DNA of 64,000 nt, taken from positions 17,490-81,489 of the forward strand of contig JAFSPM010000049.1 in NCBI GenBank assembly GCA_017442855.1, in the 5' to 3' direction. Each line of letters opens with the position of its first letter. Within the stretch, counting starts at the first letter, position 1. Position numbers and translations under genes: made by a program. The stretch comes from Bacteroidaceae bacterium (GTDB lineage: Bacteria; Bacteroidota; Bacteroidia; Bacteroidales; Bacteroidaceae). Shown here piece after piece: positions 60,352-64,000 of the stretch. Under the pieces are notes generated by a model. The model was given only the letters and a program-made list of their open reading frames with translations, had not been told where the DNA came from and ran no database searches.

Positions 60352-61170
60352 ATGATAGAAATGGATGAGCTACATACGATAGTGAACGATGTTATCACAT
60401 GGTGTGTGAATGCAGGATGGAACATTCTGGGAGCCATTGTGATATATGTGGTGGGACGCTATCTGATAGGGTTTGTGAAGAAGCTGACACGCAACCTGTT
60501 GGAGAAACGCAAGGTGGAAGCCAGCGTGAAGACTTTCTTGCTGAGCTTCGTAAATATCACCCTGACAATTTTATTGGTGATTGCCATAGCAGCACGGTTG
60601 GGTGTAGAGACCACCTCGTTTGCTGCCTTACTGGCATCGGCTGGTGTAGCCATCGGTATGGCACTTAGCGGCAACCTGAACAACTTGACGGGTGGCCTCA
60701 TCATCCTGTTGCTTAAACCTTTCAAGGTGGGCGACTTTATCGAAGCACAGGGACAGATAGGTACTGTAAAGGCCATTCAGATATTCCATACCATTATCAC
60801 TACCGTTGATAATAAAGAGGTGTTTATCCCCAACGGAGCCTTGAGCAGTGGTAGTGTGGTGAACTACAACATCAATCCTACCAGGCGACTGGAATGGGTG
60901 ATTGGTGTGGAATACAACACGGACTATGAAAAGGTGGAGGAGGTAGTGAGGCGCATCATCAGTGAAGACACACGCATTCTGCAAGATCCTGCTCCTTTCG
61001 TGGCACTTAAAGAGTTGGCCGACAGCAGTGTGAACATCATCATCCGTTGTTGGGTGAATGGTGCCGACTATTGGGATGTGAATTTTGACATGTACCGTCG
61101 CATTTATACCACCTTCAACAAAGAAGGCATTAGCTTCCCATTCCCACAACTGACGGTACATCAAGGATAA
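60352..61170 (+). CDS. mscS: Small-conductance mechanosensitive channel
   Basis: AGVAIG.ALSG.L.N..GG, KPFKVGD.I, IPNG, ISFPFPQ. Confidence 0.92.
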   Translation: MIEMDELHTIVNDVITWCVNAGWNILGAIVIYVVGRYLIGFVKKLTRNLLEKRKVEASVKTFLLSFVNITLTILLVIAIAARLGVETTSFAALLASAGVAIGMALSGNLNNLTGGLIILLLKPFKVGDFIEAQGQIGTVKAIQIFHTIITTVDNKEVFIPNGALSSGSVVNYNINPTRRLEWVIGVEYNTDYEKVEEVVRRIISEDTRILQDPAPFVALKELADSSVNIIIRCWVNGADYWDVNFDMYRRIYTTFNKEGISFPFPQLTVHQG

Positions 61171-62235
61171 ATGAAAATGAGTTATATTAATATGAGAAAA
61201 ATGAAACACAACTGGTCTGTTTGGGCAATCGGGTTATTGGTTGCCCTCCAACTGACAGCCTGCCAGGGCAACAAAGAACCCAGCCAAGAGGTTATCTTGC
61301 GGAATATTGCTGCCGCCAAAGACTCTGTAGCCAGGATCATACCTGAAGGGAAGGAATTGACATCTTTCACATTCACTCCCCAATGGACTCCTCAGGCTCA
61401 GTTTGCCGGCTACTATGTGGCACAAGAATTAGGATTCTATCGTGAAGTAGGGTTAGATGTAACGATAATACATCCTACCCTAACTTATTCTGCTATGAAT
61501 CGCATTCGTAACTCTGAGAGTGACGCCACCACCTTGCAACTGTCGCAAGCATTGGAAATCATAGACAACGGAATTCCGATGGTTAACATACTCCAAACTT
61601 CCATGAACAATGCGCTTGCCATTGTATCCAGAACAGGGGACAACCCGCTGACAATGCATGGAGCGCGAGTGGGTTCATGGGTTTCTGGCTACGATCAGAT
61701 ACCTATTTGCATGAGTATCAAAGAAGGTCTGGACTATAACTGGATGCCTATGACCAACAGCATTACTCCTTTTTTAGCTAATGCCGTGGATGCCATTACC
61801 GTGATGGTTTACAATGAGTATTATCAGCTGATGCAAGCAGGTGTAGAGCTGAATGAGGAAAATACCTTTAGGTTCAGGGACAGCAAATATAACATCCAGG
61901 AAGACGGTTTGTATATGAAACGCGACCACTACCTGGAACACCAGCAGGAAGCTGAAGCGTTAGCCAAAGCCTCGAGAAAAGGTTGGGAATGGACCAAAGC
62001 TCATCCAAATGAGGCATTGGAAATTGTGATGCAATATGTAAAAAAGGAAAATATTGCCACTAACAGGATTTTACAGAAGAAGATGCTGAACGAAATCATC
62101 GACCTACAGTTAGACAAAGAATCAGGCGAACAAGCTTTTACGCTCCGACGCGACATGGTTGCATCTGCTGTTGAACTGATGCGTGAATATGGTTTGATCC
62201 AGCATGAGTTAGATTATGAAGAACTGATACCATAA
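61171..62235 (+). CDS. NMT1/THI5-like substrate-binding lipoprotein
   Basis: Lipobox LTAC; W.PQAQFAGYYVA..LGFY...GLDV.I; AS.KGW.W. Start may be 61201. Confidence 0.8.
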   Translation: MKMSYINMRKMKHNWSVWAIGLLVALQLTACQGNKEPSQEVILRNIAAAKDSVARIIPEGKELTSFTFTPQWTPQAQFAGYYVAQELGFYREVGLDVTIIHPTLTYSAMNRIRNSESDATTLQLSQALEIIDNGIPMVNILQTSMNNALAIVSRTGDNPLTMHGARVGSWVSGYDQIPICMSIKEGLDYNWMPMTNSITPFLANAVDAITVMVYNEYYQLMQAGVELNEENTFRFRDSKYNIQEDGLYMKRDHYLEHQQEAEALAKASRKGWEWTKAHPNEALEIVMQYVKKENIATNRILQKKMLNEIIDLQLDKESGEQAFTLRRDMVASAVELMREYGLIQHELDYEELIP

Positions 62236-62240
62236 CAGCT

Positions 62241-64000
62241 ATGATAAGAAAATATTTACTATACATTAGAAGTTCTTTGTCACGCAGACTGAGCCTTTGG
62301 ATTGTGATGTTTGCCACAGTTATCTTCGTCATCACTATTGGCTATATGTTCAGCGAATCACGAAAAACAGTGAGAAAAGAAGCCATCAGTCATGCTACCG
62401 AAATTCTCAACAATACAGCTTTACGCGTGTCCAATATCCTTGAAAATGTAGAGACCGCCACCAGAAACATTGACTGGCTGGTTGGACGTCACTTGGATGC
62501 ACCAGACTCCATGTTCGTATATTCGCGCCGTATCTTGGTGAACAATCCATACCTGAACGGCTGTTCCATTTCTTTTGAACCCTATTATTTCAGAGACAGG
62601 GGACAATATTTCTCAGCTTTCTCACTCAACGAGAACGACACCATTTTAACTACCCAGGAAGGCAGCAGCATGTACCAGTATTTCTACATGGACTGGTATT
62701 TGCTAGCTAGGCTGATGGATAAACCTATATGGACAGAGCCATACAACGATTATAACCCAGATAATATCGCAGCTACCCAAACAATTACATCTTACTGCAA
62801 ACCGCTGAAAGACAAGCATGGTGAGATTGTAGGTGTTATATCCGTGGACTTGGCTCTTGACTGGCTTTCTAGGACGATTTCTGCCGTAAAGCCTTATCCT
62901 AATTCCTACAGCATCATGCTGGGACAAAGCGGAACCTATTTCGTGCATCCTGACAGTACTAAGCTCTCTCTTCAAACCATTTTTACGGAAACGTTGGAAA
63001 AGCCGAATCCCAAGTTAACCGCTCTGGGCAAGGCAATGCTGGCTGGCGAAGAAGGTATGATGGAACTGAAGATGGACGGAAAGGATTCCTATGTGTTCTA
63101 TAAACCGATTGCCAATACGGGCTGGAGTACAGCTATCGTTTGTCCGGAAAAAGATATTTTCGGTGGCTATAACCGTTTGCGTAATGTTGTCGTATTGTTG
63201 ACCATTTTAGGCTTGTTGATTATGTTGCTGACACTCAGCCGCATATTGACCCGTGTATTACTACCGCTTAGCCACCTTGCCAAGCAGGCAGAAACTATCG
63301 CCAGTGGAAAGTTTGACGAGAACTTACCTGTAACCGACCGTATTGACGAGATTGGTAAGCTAAGCAGCTCTTTCAGTAACATGCAAACCTCACTGGTGAA
63401 GTATATCGACGAACTGACCGTTACTACTGCCAATAAGGAACGTATTGAAGGCGAACTACGCATTGCGCGTGACATACAAATGGGCATGGTGCCCAGAATT
63501 TTCCCCGCATTCCCTGAGCGTGACGACATCGACCTGTATGCTTCGATGACACCGGCTAAGGAGGTGGGTGGTGACCTCTATGACTTCTTTATCCAACATG
63601 AGAAGATGTTCTTCTGTGTGGGTGACGTAAGTGGCAAGGGCGTTCCTGCCAGTTTGTTCATGGCAGTGACTCGTAACCTGTTCCGTGTGATGGCACAACA
63701 GGAATTGCCACCTGCTGAAATTGCACGACAGATTAACGACACCCTCTCGGAAGACAACGAACAAGGCATGTTTGTAACTATGTTTATCGGCACTTTGGAT
63801 CTCAAGACGGGTCACTTAGACTACTGCAACTGTGGACATAACCCTCCTATTTTCAAGGGAGAATTCTTGCAGATGGAGCCCAACTCACCTCTAGGACTGT
63901 TTGGGGGCCTCGACTTTACTGGAGAATCGATAGAGGACATAGAGAACAATATGATGTTACTATATACCGATGGTGTGAACGAGGCAGAGAACTTGCAGCA
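62241..64000 (+). CDS. SpoIIE/PP2C phosphatase with Cache and HAMP domains (runs off window end)
   Basis: Not in ORF track. Manual translation gives TM, Cache (DWY...WTEPY), TM, HAMP (DEIGKL..SF..M), PAKEVGGDLYDF, GDVSGKGVPA, GMFVT, YTDGVNEA. Confidence 0.9.
   Translation, partial: MIRKYLLYIRSSLSRRLSLWIVMFATVIFVITIGYMFSESRKTVRKEAISHATEILNNTALRVSNILENVETATRNIDWLVGRHLDAPDSMFVYSRRILVNNPYLNGCSISFEPYYFRDRGQYFSAFSLNENDTILTTQEGSSMYQYFYMDWYLLARLMDKPIWTEPYNDYNPDNIAATQTITSYCKPLKDKHGEIVGVISVDLALDWLSRTISAVKPYPNSYSIMLGQSGTYFVHPDSTKLSLQTIFTETLEKPNPKLTALGKAMLAGEEGMMELKMDGKDSYVFYKPIANTGWSTAIVCPEKDIFGGYNRLRNVVVLLTILGLLIMLLTLSRILTRVLLPLSHLAKQAETIASGKFDENLPVTDRIDEIGKLSSSFSNMQTSLVKYIDELTVTTANKERIEGELRIARDIQMGMVPRIFPAFPERDDIDLYASMTPAKEVGGDLYDFFIQHEKMFFCVGDVSGKGVPASLFMAVTRNLFRVMAQQELPPAEIARQINDTLSEDNEQGMFVTMFIGTLDLKTGHLDYCNCGHNPPIFKGEFLQMEPNSPLGLFGGLDFTGESIEDIENNMMLLYTDGVNEAENLQ

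Noticed and set aside
1195-63815. Many antisense or alternate-frame ORFs (e.g. 5757-6449, 8920-9726, 26337-27011, 40123-40899, 54533-55270, 59266-59955)
   Set aside because: They are shadows of well-supported genes and carry no motifs of their own.

Overview
Chromosomal segment of a Bacteroidales bacterium (Prevotellaceae/Bacteroidaceae-like, judged from gene content and many TAnnTTTG -7 promoter boxes). Most of it is core genome: topB, pyrH-frr-rsgA, queA, lptB, tig-clpP-clpX-recQ, ispD-recG, tpiA, folE, dnaG, and a TPP-riboswitch thiamine uptake operon. The main accessory feature is a ~17 kb island with no integrase (7189-24135). It carries a BT4734/VirE-N-type primase-helicase, an M15 peptidase, an HU-like protein, a smalltalk peptide and a six-gene envelope cargo operon. 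Its non-coding DNA is highly organised: two diverged, co-varying copies of a ~190-225 nt structured RNA with alternative terminator-like pairing, a perfect 49-bp AT-rich palindrome bracketed by inverted 21-bp motifs, a third copy of that motif 14 kb away beside the primase gene, and 22-bp-period repeats. A gene-less element of similar design sits at 56.0-56.6 kb and appears to coincide with a local GC-skew flip. Also notable are an orphan double-glycine peptide and an in-frame DoxX-like/TpiA fusion. All calls come from reading the sequence; no database searches or computations were run.
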